From: Squalus acanthias
Taxonomy: Eukaryota
Reading direction: 5' to 3'
DNA: 64,000 bases
NCBI GenBank assembly: GCA_030390025.1
Contig: JASTWF010000033.1
Coordinates: forward strand, 5,830,001-5,894,000
Positions 24,465-36,791 of the stretch are shown piece after piece. The translations under genes were made by a program, and so were the position numbers. The notes under the pieces are model-generated. The model was not told the origin of the DNA. It ran no database searches and worked only from the letters and a program-made list of their open reading frames with translations. The first letter of the stretch is position 1. Every line of letters starts with the position of its first letter.

Positions 24465-25007
24465 CCCAACAAGATCGACCTAACAAGAAGTACCAGAGGA
24501 AGAAACAGCTAAGCGGAGCGATCGAGACGGACTGTGTGTGGGGCTAAGCATGATCTCGAGTGTCCCAAGCCGGTAACCAGAGGGCTCAGAGTTTTTCTCA
24601 AAAGTGAGGCTTTTGGGCTATTCTGAGGGTCATAGCTTCCTTTTGTTCAGCCAGGCGAAAGGGCCTTATGCGACTGAGTAATTTGTTGGTAGGGGTGGAA
24701 TGAGAGTCCACCATAGCAACAAGGGAATTGCTGCTTGTCATAGTCCTCAGTTTTGTACTGTATGTATCTTGTTTGTAAGCTGGATTTTATTCTCCACAGA
24801 GTCAGTAATTTCGTTTAGTAGTGCATGTTTTAGTCAGTGTATGTTAGACCAAATAAATATAAGTTTGATCTTTCACTGAAAGATTCCTGTCCGTGGCTTA
24901 TTTCATTTACACTCTGAATAATAATTCCCGGGTATAGAACTTTCGTAAGGCGGGGGCGATTCGAACCGTCCATCTAGCAATTGGGCTAGGATCAAAAACA
25001 ACTTACA
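23963..25007 (+). repeat. 3' LTR of the ERV, preceded by a purine tract (aaacggggga)
   Basis: TGCAG...TTACA; homologous to but visibly diverged from the 5' LTR. Confidence 0.9.
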
Positions 25008-26632
25008 TAGGGAAAAGGTGTTAGGGAAATTGATGGTATTGAAGGCCGATAAATCCCCAGGGCCTGATAATCTACATCATAGGGTATGTAAGGAAGTGGC
25101 CCAAGAAATAGTAGATGCATTGCTGGTCATCTTCCAAAATTCTATCGTCTCTGGAACAGATCCCATGCATTGGAGGATAGCTAATGTAACCCCACTATTT
25201 AAAAAAGGTGGTCCAGAGAAAACGGGGAAATATAGACCGGTAAGTCTGACATCGGTAGTGGGAAAAATGCTAGAGTCCATTATAAAAGATGTAATAGCAG
25301 AGCACTTGGAAAACAGTGAAAGGATCGGACAAATTCAACATGGATTTACAAATGGTATATCATGCTTGACTAATCTACTGGAATTTTTTGAGGATGAAAC
25401 TGGTAGAATAGATAAGGGAGAACCAGTGGATGTGGTGTATTTTGACTTTCAGAAGGCTTTCGATAAGGTCCCGCATAAGAGATTAGCAAGCACATTTAAA
25501 GCACATGGGATTGGGGGTAAGGTACTGCCTTGGATAGAAAACTGGTTGGCAGACAGGAGGCAAAGAGTTGGAATAAACGGATCTTTTTACAAGTGGCAGG
25601 CAGTGACTAGTGGGGTACCGCAGGGATCGGTCCTTGGACCCCAGCTATTCACAATACATATAAATGAACTGGACAAGGGAACTAGTTGTAATATCTCCAA
25701 GTTTGTAGACGACATAAAGCTGGGTGGGTGTGTGTGCTGTGAGGAGGATGCAGATAAACTCCAGTATGATGTGGACTGGTTGGGTGATTGGGTAGATGCA
25801 TGGCAAATGCAGTATAATGTGGATAAATGCGAGGTTATCCAATTCAGTGGCAAAAACAGGAAGGCAGATTATTATCTGAACGGCAATAGATTGGGAAAAG
25901 GGGAAGTGCAACGAGACCTGGGAGTCCTTGTGCACCAGTCACTGAAGGTAAGCATGCAGGTGCAGCAGGCGGTTAAGAAGGCAAATGGTATGTTGGCCTT
26001 CATAGCGAGACGATTCGAGTACAGGAACAAGGATGTCTTGCTGCAGTTGTACAGGGCCTTGGTGAGACCACACCTTGAGTATTGTGTGCAGTTCTGGTCG
26101 CCTTATCTGAGGAAGGATGTTCTTGCCATGTTGGGAGTGTTGCGAAGATTCACCAGACTGATACCTGGGATGGCAGGAATGACATATGAGGAGAGATTGG
26201 GTCGATTAGGCTTATATTCGCTAGAGTTTAGAGAATGAGACGGGATTTCATTGAAACGTATACAATTCCAACAGGACTAGACAGACTAGATGCAGGAAGG
26301 ATGTTCCCGATGGCGGGGGAGTCCAGAACTTGGGGTCACAGACGAAGGATAAGGGGTAAGCCATTTTGGACTGAGATGAGGAGGAATTTCTTCCTCCAGA
26401 GAGTGGTGAACCTGTGGAATTCTCTACCACAGAAGGTAGTAGAAGTCAATTCATTAAATATATTCAAGAAGGAGCTAGATATATTTCTTAAGGCTAAAGG
26501 AATCAAGGGATATGGGGAGAAAGCAGGGACAGGGTACTGAATTTGGATGATCAGCCATGATCTCATTAAATGGCGGAGCAGGCTCGAGGGGCCGAATGGC
26601 CTACTCCTGCTCCTAACTTCTATGTGTCTATG
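25008..26632 (+). mobile_element. CR1 LINE 3' half (RT), beginning flush with the ERV 3' LTR
   Basis: ORFs 25018-26238 and 26235-26540; CR1 tail. Confidence 0.95.
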
Positions 26633-26633
26633 A

Positions 26634-26885
26634 AACTGAGAACAGGGGAAGTAAGGGGAACACGGTAACTGTTTAAATAGAAACAGAGAACAGGGGGAGT
26701 AAGGGAAACACGGTAACTGTTTAGTTAGATATAGCGGACAGGACGATTATGGGGAACACAACAACTGTTTAAATAGAAATAGAGGACTGGGAAATTTAGC
26801 GGAACACAGTGACTGTTTATTTGGAAATAGAGAATGGGGAAGAAAGAGGGACACGGTAACTTTTCAATTAGAAATAGAGGACAGA
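26634..26885. repeat. Degenerate tandem repeat of about 48-53 bp, about 5 units
   Basis: Recurring agaacagggg..gggaacacggtaactgttta..tagaaa. Confidence 0.7.
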
Positions 26886-28748
26886 AATAGGTGTCTTCAA
26901 ATATCCTAATATAGACTGGGATAGAAATCGTGTAAAGGGCAGAGAAGGGAACCAATTTCTGAAGTGTGTTCAGGAGAACTTTCTTGATTGGTATGTTTCC
27001 GGCCCAACGAGGAATGGGAGTTTGCTAAATCTGGTTCTGGGGGGATGAGGTGGGTCAAGTGGAGCAATTTCTGTAGGGGAACATTTAGGGAACAGTGATC
27101 ATAGAATCATAAGGTTTAGATTAGCTATTAAAAAAGGACAGGGAGCAATCTAGAGTAAAAATAGTTATTTGGAGGAAGGCCAATTTCAGTGGTTTGAGAA
27201 CTGATCTGGCCTGGGTAAATTGGAATCAAAGATTGGCAGGCAAAACTGAAATTGATCAAGGGGCTGCCTTTAAAGAGGAGATGGTTTGGGTACTGCCGAG
27301 GTACTTTCCCACAAGGGGGAACGGTAGGGCAACAAAAGCCAGAGCTCCCTGGATGATGAAAGAGATAGAGAATAAGATGAAGGAGGAAAAGGGGGAGTAT
27401 GACAGATGTCTGATTGAGAATACAAGTGAGAACCATGCTGAATATAGAAAGTTCAGAGTTGAAGTGAAAAAGGAAATAAGAGGGGAAAAGAGAGTAGGAG
27501 AATAGACTGACAGCTAACATGAAATGCAATCCAAAAGTCTTGTATATGCATATAAATAATAAACGGGTAGTAAGAGGAGGGGTAGGACCGTTTAGGGACC
27601 AAAAGGGAGACCTACGCATGGAAGCAGAGGGCATGGCTGAGGTACTAAATGAATACTCTGCATCTGTCTTTACCAAGGAAGGAATTCTGCCAAAGTCATA
27701 ATAAATGAGGAGGTAGATCAGATACTGGATGGGATAAAAATAGGTAAAGAGGAGGTAGTAGAATGGCTGGCAGAACTTAAAGTAGATAAGTCACCAGGAC
27801 GGGATGGGATGCATTCTAGGATGCGGAGGGAGGTAATGGTGGAAATTGCGGAGGTACTGGCCGTAATCTTCCAATCCTCTTTAGATACAGGGGTGATGCC
27901 AGAGGAAAGGAGAATTGCAAATGTTACACCCTTGTTCAAAAAAAGGCTGGGAGGATAAACCCAGCAACCACAGACCAGCCAGTTTATCCCCGATAGTGGG
28001 GAAGCTTTTAGCAACGATAATCCGGGACATAAGTAACAGTCACTTGGACAAGTGTGGATTAACTATGGAAATACTGCACGGATTTGAGAAAGGCAAATCA
28101 TGTTTAATGAACTTGAGTAGTTTTTTGATGAGGTAACAGAGAGTGTTGATGAGGGCAATGCGGTTGATGTGGTGTACATGAACATGAGACCAGCGTCGAC
28201 AGCGGGGGAGGAGGAGCCTTTCTTTCTTTCTCTCTCCCACAGAGCGGTCGGCAGCGGGGAAGGAGGGGCGGACCTGGTTGGAGCGGCAGAGGCCTGAGGT
28301 GAGTCATTAAAGGGAGGCCCGAGGCTCAGGTAGGCCTCAGACCAGCGTCGACAGCAGGGTAGGAGGAGCCTTTCTTTCTTTCTCTCTCCCACAGAGCGGT
28401 CGGCAGCGGGGAAGGAGGGGCGGACCTGGTTGGAGCGGCAGAGGCCTGAGGTGAGTCATTAAACTCACCTACGTGGCCTTTTTCCCCAGCGGGGAAAGAG
28501 CTTCGCGGGCTTTTTCAAAGGCAGGGGGCGGGGCCAATTCATTGGTACCCGTATATAGGTGGAGCTGTTGCTAAACCCGAGACAATACACTAGTAGTGAC
28601 TCCCACCCTCCCACCTCCTCTAACCTTTAGGGGTAGAGGGAATTTAAAAGGTAGGTTCGATTTTATATTTTGTTTTCAGGGACTTAACTCCTGGACCTAA
28701 GATAAATAAGTTTAAATTTTAGTAATAAAGTAACATAAGGGTTAAGTC

Positions 28749-29693
28749 ATGACAGGAAGTCTCGGACCCGTTTCATGCTCCTCCTGTGCCATGTGGGAAA
28801 CCAGGGACACTTCCAGTGTCCCTGACAACTACGTGTGCGGGAAGTGTGTCCAGCTGCAGCTCCTGACAGCCCGCATGGCGGTGCTGGAGCTGCGTGTGGA
28901 CTCACTCTGGAGCATGCACGATGCCGAGAACTCGGTGAATCGCTCATTTAGTGAGTTGTCCACACCGCAGGTAAAGGCTAGGACAGACAGTGAATGGGTG
29001 ACCAAGAAGCAGGGCAATATCAGGAAGGTAGTGCAGGAGTCCCCTGTGGTCATCTCCCTCCAAAACAGGTATGCCGCTTTGGATACTGTTGGGGGAGATG
29101 GCCTACCAGGGGAAGGCACTAGCAGCCAGGTTCATGGCACCATGGCTGGCTCTGCTGCACAGCAGGGCGGGAAAAAGAGTGGTAGGGCTATAGTGATAGG
29201 GGACTCAATTGTAAGGGGAATAGACAGGAGTTTCTGTGGCCGCAACCGAGATTCCAGGATGGTATGCTGCCTCCCTGGTGCAAGGGTCAAGGATGTCTCG
29301 GAGCGGCTGCAGAACATTCTGAAGAGGGAGGGTGAACAGCCAGCTGTCGTGGTGCATGTAGGTACCAACGATATAGGTAAAAAGCGGGAAGAGGTCCTAC
29401 AAGCAGAATTTAGGGAGCTAGGAGCTAAATTAAAAAGTAGGACCTCTAAGGTAGTAATCTCTGGATTGCTACCAGGGCCACGTGCTAATCAGAATAGAGA
29501 GAACAGGATAGTGAGATTGAATACGTGGCTTGAGCAGTGGTGCAGGAGGGAGGGATTCAAATTCCTGAGGCATTGGAACCAGTTCTGGGGGAAGTGGGAC
29601 CTGTACAAAAGGGACGGTCTGCACTTGGGCAGGACTGGAACCGATGTCCTCGGGGTAATATTTGCTAAAGCAGTTCGGGAGGATTTAAACTAA
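28749..29693 (+). CDS. CR1 ORF1p: CxxC..CxxC zinc finger, leucine zipper, SGNH/GDSL esterase
   Basis: CSSC..CGKC; IVIGDSIVRG, HVGTND, DGLHL; intact 314 aa. Confidence 0.9.
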   Translation: MTGSLGPVSCSSCAMWETRDTSSVPDNYVCGKCVQLQLLTARMAVLELRVDSLWSMHDAENSVNRSFSELSTPQVKARTDSEWVTKKQGNIRKVVQESPVVISLQNRYAALDTVGGDGLPGEGTSSQVHGTMAGSAAQQGGKKSGRAIVIGDSIVRGIDRSFCGRNRDSRMVCCLPGARVKDVSERLQNILKREGEQPAVVVHVGTNDIGKKREEVLQAEFRELGAKLKSRTSKVVISGLLPGPRANQNRENRIVRLNTWLEQWCRREGFKFLRHWNQFWGKWDLYKRDGLHLGRTGTDVLGVIFAKAVREDLN

Positions 29694-32642
29694 TATGGCA
29701 GGGGAATGGGAACCTATGTAGCGAAACAGGGGGAAGTAATATGCAGTCAGAAACAAATGTTAGAAGGGTGAGAAACAATAGGGGAAGGCCGAGTAAACAA
29801 AGGCAAGAAACACAAAGGGCCATAGTAAATCATAAGTCTAAAAGGACAAAGGATGTTAATAAAACAAGCCTAAAGGCTCTGTGTCTTAATGCAAGGAGTA
29901 TCCGTAATAAGGTGAATGAATTGACTGTGCAAATAGATGTTAACGGATACGATGTGATTGGGATTACAGAGACGTGGCTCCAGAACAATCAAGGCTGGGA
30001 ACTGAACATCCAGGGGTATTCAACATTCAGAAAGGATAGAATAAAAGGAAAAGGGGGTGGGGTAGCATTGCTGGTTAAAGAGGAGATTAATGCAATAGCT
30101 AGGAAGGACATCAGCTTGGAGTATGTGGAATCAATATGGGTTGAGCTGCAGAACACCAAAGGGCAGAAAACGTTAGTGGGAGTTGTGTACAGACCTCCAA
30201 ACAGCAGTAGTGAGGTGGGGGAGGGTATGAAACAGGAAATCAGAGGTGCGTGCAAAAAAGGCACGGCAGTTATCATGGGTGACTTTAATAAGCATATAGA
30301 TTGGGCTACTCAAACTGGAAGCAATACGGTGGAGGAGGATTTCCTGGAGTGTTTAAGGGATGGTTTCCTAAACCAATATGTTGAGGAACCAACTCGAGGG
30401 GAGGCCATCCTGGACTGGGTGTTGTGTAATGAGGAGGGACTAATCAGCAATCTTGTGGTACGAGGCCCCCTGGGGAAGAGTGACCATAGTATGGTGGAGT
30501 TCTACATTAGGATGGAGAAGGAAACAGTTAAGTCAGAGACCATGGTCCAGAACTTAAATAAGGGCAACTTTGAGGGTATGAGGCGTGAATTGGTGAGGTT
30601 AAATTGGCAAGCGATATTTAAGGGGCTATCAGTGGAAGGGCAATGGCAGACATTTAGAGATCGCATGGATGAACTACAACAATTGTACATCTCGGTCTGG
30701 CGTAAAAATAAAAAAGGGAAGGTGGCTCAACCATGGCTAACAAGGGAAATCAGGGATAGTATTAAAACCAAGGAAGTTGCATACAAATTGGCCAGAAGTA
30801 GCAGCAAACCCGGGGACTGGGAGAACTTCAAAACTCAGCAGAGGAGGACGAAGGGTTTGATTAGGGCAGGGAAAATAAAATATGAAAGGAAGCTTGCAGA
30901 GAACATTAAAATGGACTGCAAAAGCTTCTATAAATATGTAAAAAGAAAGAGGTTAGTAAAAACAAACGTAGGTCCCCTGCAGTCGGAAACAGGGGAAGTC
31001 GTAATGGGGAACAAGGAAATGGCAGATCAATTGAACAAGTACTTTGGTTCGGTGTTTACTGTGGAGGACACACACAACCTGCCGGAAATAAAAGGGGTCA
31101 GAGGATCTGGTAAGAGGGAGGAGCTGAGGGAAATCCTTATTAGTCGGGAAAAGGTATTGGGGAAATTGATGGGACTGAAGGCTGAAAAATCCCCGGGGCC
31201 TGATGGTCTGCATCCCAGAGTACTTAAGGAGATGGCCTTGGAAATAGTGGATGCATTGACGATCATTTTCCAACATTCCTTAGACTCTGGATCAGTTCCG
31301 ATGGAGTGGAGGGAGGGAGAAAGCAGGGAATTATAGACCGGTCAGCCTGACATCGGTCGTGGGTAAAATGATGGAAGCAATTATTAAAGATGTCATAACA
31401 GACCATTTGGAAAGTGGCGACATGATATGTCCAAGTCAGCATGGATTTGTGAAAGGGAAATCATGCTTGACAAATCTTCTGGAATTTTTTGAGGATGTTT
31501 CCAATCGGGTGGACAGGGGGGAACCAGTAGATGTGGTGTATTTGGACTTTCAGAAGGCCTTCGACAAGGTCCCACACAAGAGATTGGTGAGCAAAGTTAA
31601 AGCACATGGGATTGGGGGTAATGTGTTGACGTGGATTGAGAACTGGTTGGCACACAGGAAACAAAGAGTAGGAGTAAATAGGTACTTTTCAGAATGGCAG
31701 GCAGTGACCAGCGGGGTACCGCAGGGTTCGGTGCTGGGACCCCAGCTGTTTACATTATATATTAATGATTTGGACGAAGGGATTAAATGTAATATCTCCA
31801 AATTTGCGGATGACACTAAATTGGGAGGCAGTGTGAACAATGAGGAGGATGCTAGGAGGCTACAGAGTGACTTGGACAGGTTGGGTGAATGGGCAAATGT
31901 ATGGCAGATGAAGTACAATGTGGATAAATGTGAGGTTATCCACTTTGGTGGTAAAAATAGAGAGGCGGACTATTACCTGAATGGTGGCAGATTAGGGAAA
32001 GGGGACGTGCAACGAGACCTGGGCGTCATGGTACATCAGTCACTGAAGGTGGGAATGCAAGTGCAGCAGGCAGTCAAGAAAGCAAACGGAATGATGGCCT
32101 TCATAGCAAGGGGATTTGAGTACAGGAGTAGGGAGGTGATGCTACAGTTGTACAGGGCCTTGGTGAGGCCACACCTGGAGTATTGTGCGCAGTTTTGGTC
32201 TCCTAACTTAAGGAAGGACATTCTTGCTATTGAGGGAGTGCAGCGAAGGTTCACTAGATTGATTCCTGGGATGGCCGGATTGACATATCAAGAAAGATTG
32301 GGTCAACTGAACTTGTATCCTCTGGAGTTCAGAAGAATGAGGGGGGATCTTATAGAGACATTTAAAATCCTGACTGGTTTAGACAAATTAGATGCGGGCA
32401 GAATGTTCCCAATGGTAGGGAAAACTAGAACCAGGGGTCACAGTTTAAGGATTAAGGGGAAGCCATTTAGGACTGAGCTGAGGAGAAACTTCTTCACCCA
32501 GAGAGTGGTGAATCTATGGAATTCTCTTCCACAGAAGGTTGTTGAGGCCAGTTCGCTAAATATATTCAAAAGGGAGTTAGATATAACACTCACAACTAAG
32601 GGGATCAAGGGGTATGGCGAGAAAGCAGGAATGGGGTACTGA
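29684..32642 (+). pseudogene. CR1 ORF2 (APE + RT) with a frameshifting deletion near 31310
   Basis: ORFs 29741-31336 and 31359-32642; VANVTPLFKK motif missing at the break. Confidence 0.9.
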
Positions 32643-32851
32643 GGTAGCATGTTCAGCCATGAACGCATTGAATGGCGGTGCAGGCTCGAAGGACCGAATG
32701 GTCTACTCCTGTACCTATTTTCTATGTTTCTATGTTTCTAAAAAGGCTTTTGATAAAGTGCCAGATAATAGGATTGCCAGAAAAGTTGAAGCCCATGGAA
32801 TAAAAGGAACAGTGGCAGCATGGTACGAAATTGGCAATGTGACAGGAAACA

Positions 32852-33621
32852 TCTGGGCCAGAAATACGGCTCTTGTCAGGTGAGTACGCGCTGTGTACTC
32901 ACCCGTAAGGCCACCTGAAGTGCCGGTTTCACGCATGCACTGCGCACGCGCTGCAAACCGGAACTTCCGTTCCCCTGAGAAAGGGGTTCAGAAGTCGAAC
33001 GTGTGCACGGGAGAGGCAGCGAACACGCAGCGAACTTCGGGTTTTTTTTCAGCTTTCTCCATGAAGGTAAGTATGGAGAAGCTGCACATTTAAAAAGGAG
33101 ATGCAAGGCCTGTTTTTAACAAGGTAAGTGGTTAATTAAGTACAATTTAAACATTTTTTCAACAGGTTTATGTTTTTTACATACTTTAAAGAAAGGAAAG
33201 TTTATTTTTAGCACCGTTAAAAAGTGTAATTAATTTTTTCAAAAATTTGAACTTTTGTTTAAAGTAGTTCATTTATGTAATTTATAGTTATTTTAAAAAT
33301 GTGATGTAGTTTTTTTAATTTATTTGAAGTTTAAGTGTGGTTTTGGGGCCGATCTCTATTCATAGATTTGACAGGTCTTCCAGTGAAATCGAGGAATGAA
33401 AATTCCCTGCTAGGATTGGCTCTCCATGGCCCACGTGATCCCAGGGGACGCTTCGAACTAACTGCGCCCCTGGGATACGCGAGCACTGCGCGCCGGCAGC
33501 TGCAGGAGGCCCAGGACCCGAATGCCTCGTGGGCCCGAAGCTCAACGGCAGGCACGGTAGGTAAGTACGCGCGCAATGCTTGCTCCCACAGGAAGCCGGA
33601 GAGCCGAATTTCTGGCCCAGA
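32852..33621. mobile_element. Non-autonomous DNA transposon (MITE-like) with 21-bp TIRs
   Basis: TCTGGGCCAGAAATACGGCTC / GAGCCGAATTTCTGGCCCAGA (20/21 match); interrupts the old CR1; no transposase. Confidence 0.8.
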
Positions 33622-36600
33622 GAGTAGTGGTGAGCGGTTGTTTTTCAGGGCACAATTTCAAAATTTACAGATGAAACAAAACTTGGAAGTATAGTGAACA
33701 GTGTGGAGGATAGTGATGGACTTCAAGAAGATACAGACATGCTGACTGAATTGCTGGACACCTGGCAGATGAAATTTAACGCAGAAAAGTGCGAATGATA
33801 CATTTCGGTAGGAAGAATGTAAAGAGGCAATATAAACTAAAGGGTGCAATTCTGAAGGGGGTGCATGAACAGAGCATCCTGGGGGTATATGTGCACAAAT
33901 CGTTGAAGGTGGCAGGGTAGGTTGAGAAAGCGGGATCCTGGGCTTCATAAATAGAGGCAAAGAGTAGAAAAGCATGGAAGTTATGATGAACCTTTACAAA
34001 ACACTATTTCGGTCTCAACTGCAGCATTGTGTCCAATTCATGGCACCGCACTTTAGGAAGGGTGTGAAGACCTCAGTGAGGATGCTGAAAAGATTTACAA
34101 GAATGGTTCCAGTTATGAGGGACTTCAGTTACATGGATAGACTGGAGAAGCTGAGGTTGTTCTCCTTAAGGCAGTGAAGTTTGAAAGGAGATTTGATAGA
34201 GGTGTTCAAAATCATAGAAACATAGAAACATAGAGGATAGGAGCAGGAGTAGGCCATTCGGCCCCTCGAGCCCGCTCCGCCATTCGATGAGATCATGGCT
34301 GATCATCTAAACTCAGTACCCTGTACCTGCCTTCTCCCCATATCCCTTGATACCTTTAGCTTTAAGAAATATATCTAACTCATCCTTGAATATATTTAGT
34401 GACTTCGCCTCAACTACCTTCTGTGGTAGAGAATTCCACAGGTTCACCACTCTCTGGATGAAGAAATTCTTCCTCATTTCAGTCCTAAATGGTTTACCCG
34501 TTATCCGTAGATTATGACCCCTGGTTCTGGACTCTCCGACCATCGGGAACATTCTTCCTGCATCTAGTTTGTCCAGACCTGTCAGAATGTTATATGTATC
34601 GATGAGATCCCCTCTCATTCGTCTATACTCCAGTGAGTATAAGCCCAATCGACCCAATCTCTCCTCATATGTCATTCCTGCCATCCCAGGTATCAGCCTT
34701 GTGAATCTTCGCTGAACTCCTTCCATGGCAAGAACATCCTTCCTCAGATAAGGCGACCAAAACTGCACACAGTACTCAAGGTGTGGTCTCACCAAGGCCC
34801 TGTACAACTGAAGCAGGACATCCCTGTTCCTATACTCAAACCCTTTCACTATGAAGGCCAACATACCATTTGCCTTCTTCACCGCCTGCTGCACCTGCAT
34901 GCTTACTTTCAGCGACTGGTGCACAAGGACACCCAGGTCTCGTTGCACTTCCCCTTCTCCCAATCTATTGCCACTCAGATAATAGTCTGCCTTTCTGTTT
35001 TTGACACCAAAGTGGATAACCTCGCACTTATTCACGTTATATTGCATCTGCCACGCTTCTGCCCACTCACCCAACCTGTCCAGATCATCCTGGAGTTTCT
35101 CGCTATCCTCCTCGCTGCACACACTCCCAACCAGCTTTGTGTCATCTGCAAACTTGGAGATATTACATTTAATTCCCTTATCTAGATCATTAATGTATAT
35201 TGTGAATAGCTGGGGTCCAAGGACCGATCCCTGCGGTACCCCACTAGTCACTGCTTGCCACTCGGAAAAAGACCCATTAATTCCTGCTCTCTGCTTTCTG
35301 TCCGCCAACCAGTTCTCTATCCAAGTCAATACCTTGCCCCCAATCCCATGTGCCTTAACTTTACCCGCTAATCTCTTATGCGGGACCTTATCGAAAGCCT
35401 TTTGAAAGTCCAAATACACCACATCTACTGGTTCTCCCTTATCTATTTGCCCAGTTACATCCTCAAAAAATTCCAGTAGATTCGTCAAGCACGATTTACC
35501 TTTTGTAAATCCATGTTGACTTTGTCCGATCCTGTCACTGTTTTTCAAATGCTCAGCTATTACATCCTTTATAATGGACTCTAGCATTTTCCCCACTACC
35601 GATGTCAGGCTTACCGGTCTGTAATTCCCCGCTTTCTCTCTACCACCCTTTTTGAATAGTGGGGTAACATTGGCTACCCTCCAATCCATGGGTACAGTTC
35701 CAGATTCCATCGAATGTTGGAAGATGATCAGCAATGCATCTACTATTTCTAGGGCCACTTCCTTAAGTACCCTAGGATGTACATTATCAGGCCCTGGGGA
35801 TTTATCGGCCTTCAATACCGTCAATTTCCCTAACACCATTTCCCTGCAAATACTGATTTCTTTCAGTTCCTCCCTTTCATCAGACTGTATGTTCTCCAAC
35901 ATCTCTGGGAGGTTATTTGTGTCCTCCTTTGTGAAGACAGAAACAAAATATGCATTTAATTGGGCTGCCATTTCTTTGATCCCCATTATAACTTCCCCCG
36001 CTTCTGACTGCAAGGGACCTACACTTGATTTCACTAATCTTTTTCTCTTCACTTATCTATAAAAGCTCTTACAGTCAGTTTTTATGTTCCCAGCAAGCTT
36101 ACTTTCATATTCTATTTTCCCCTTCTTAATTAATCCCTTTGTCCTCCTTTGTTGAATCCTAAACTGCTCCCAATCCTCAGGGCTACCGCATTTTCTGACC
36201 AATTTATATGCCGTCTCCTTGGATCTTATGCTATCCCTAATTTCCCTTGTTAGCCACGGTTGAGTCGCCCTTTTTGTTTTATTCTTATGCCACACTGGGA
36301 TGTACAAATTCTGTAGTTCATCCATGCAGTCTTTGAATGTTTGCCATTGCCTATCCACCGTCAACCCCTTGAGTGACATTCCCCAATCAATCCTACCCAA
36401 TTTGCGCCTCATGCCATCGTAGTTTCCTTTATTTAAATTCAGGACCCTAGTCTCTGATTCAACTACTTCACTCTCCATCCTAATGAAGAATTCTATCATA
36501 TTATGATCGCTCTGACCCAAGGGGCTTCGTACAACAAGATTGCTAATTAATCCTTTCTCGTTGCATAATACCCAGTCTAAGATTGCCTGATCTCTGGTTG

Positions 36601-36644
36601 GTTCCTCGACATATTGTTCCAGAAAACCATCTCGTAAACATTCT

Positions 36645-36791
36645 GTGGAGATGCCGGCGTTGGACTGGGGTGGACAAAAATGAGAAGTCGCACAACACCA
36701 GGTTATTGTCCAACAGATTTATTAAATTTTACTTGTAAAATTAAATAAATCTGTTGGACTATAACCTGGTGTTGTGCGACTTCTCATTTTT
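36645..36791 (-). mobile_element. Minimal 147-bp fold-back Penelope-type insertion in CR1 ORF2
   Basis: 11-bp TSD GTAAACATTCT (36634-36644 and 36792-36802); absent from the sister CR1 copy near 6125. Confidence 0.85.

Larger units (their letters stand above)
12606..25007 (+). mobile_element. Endogenous retrovirus, lokiretrovirus/class III-like (LTR-gag-pro-pol-env-LTR), degraded
   Basis: About 1-kb LTRs, PBS, PPT, CCHC gag, DTGA protease, YVDD RT, two RNase H-like domains, integrase, env with furin site and TM. Confidence 0.9.
28187..32740 (+). mobile_element. Full-length CR1 LINE with duplicated 152-bp 5' UTR monomer
   Basis: 5' UTR repeats at 28187 and 28339; ORF1, ORF2 and (CTATGTTT)n tail. 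Confidence 0.95.
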
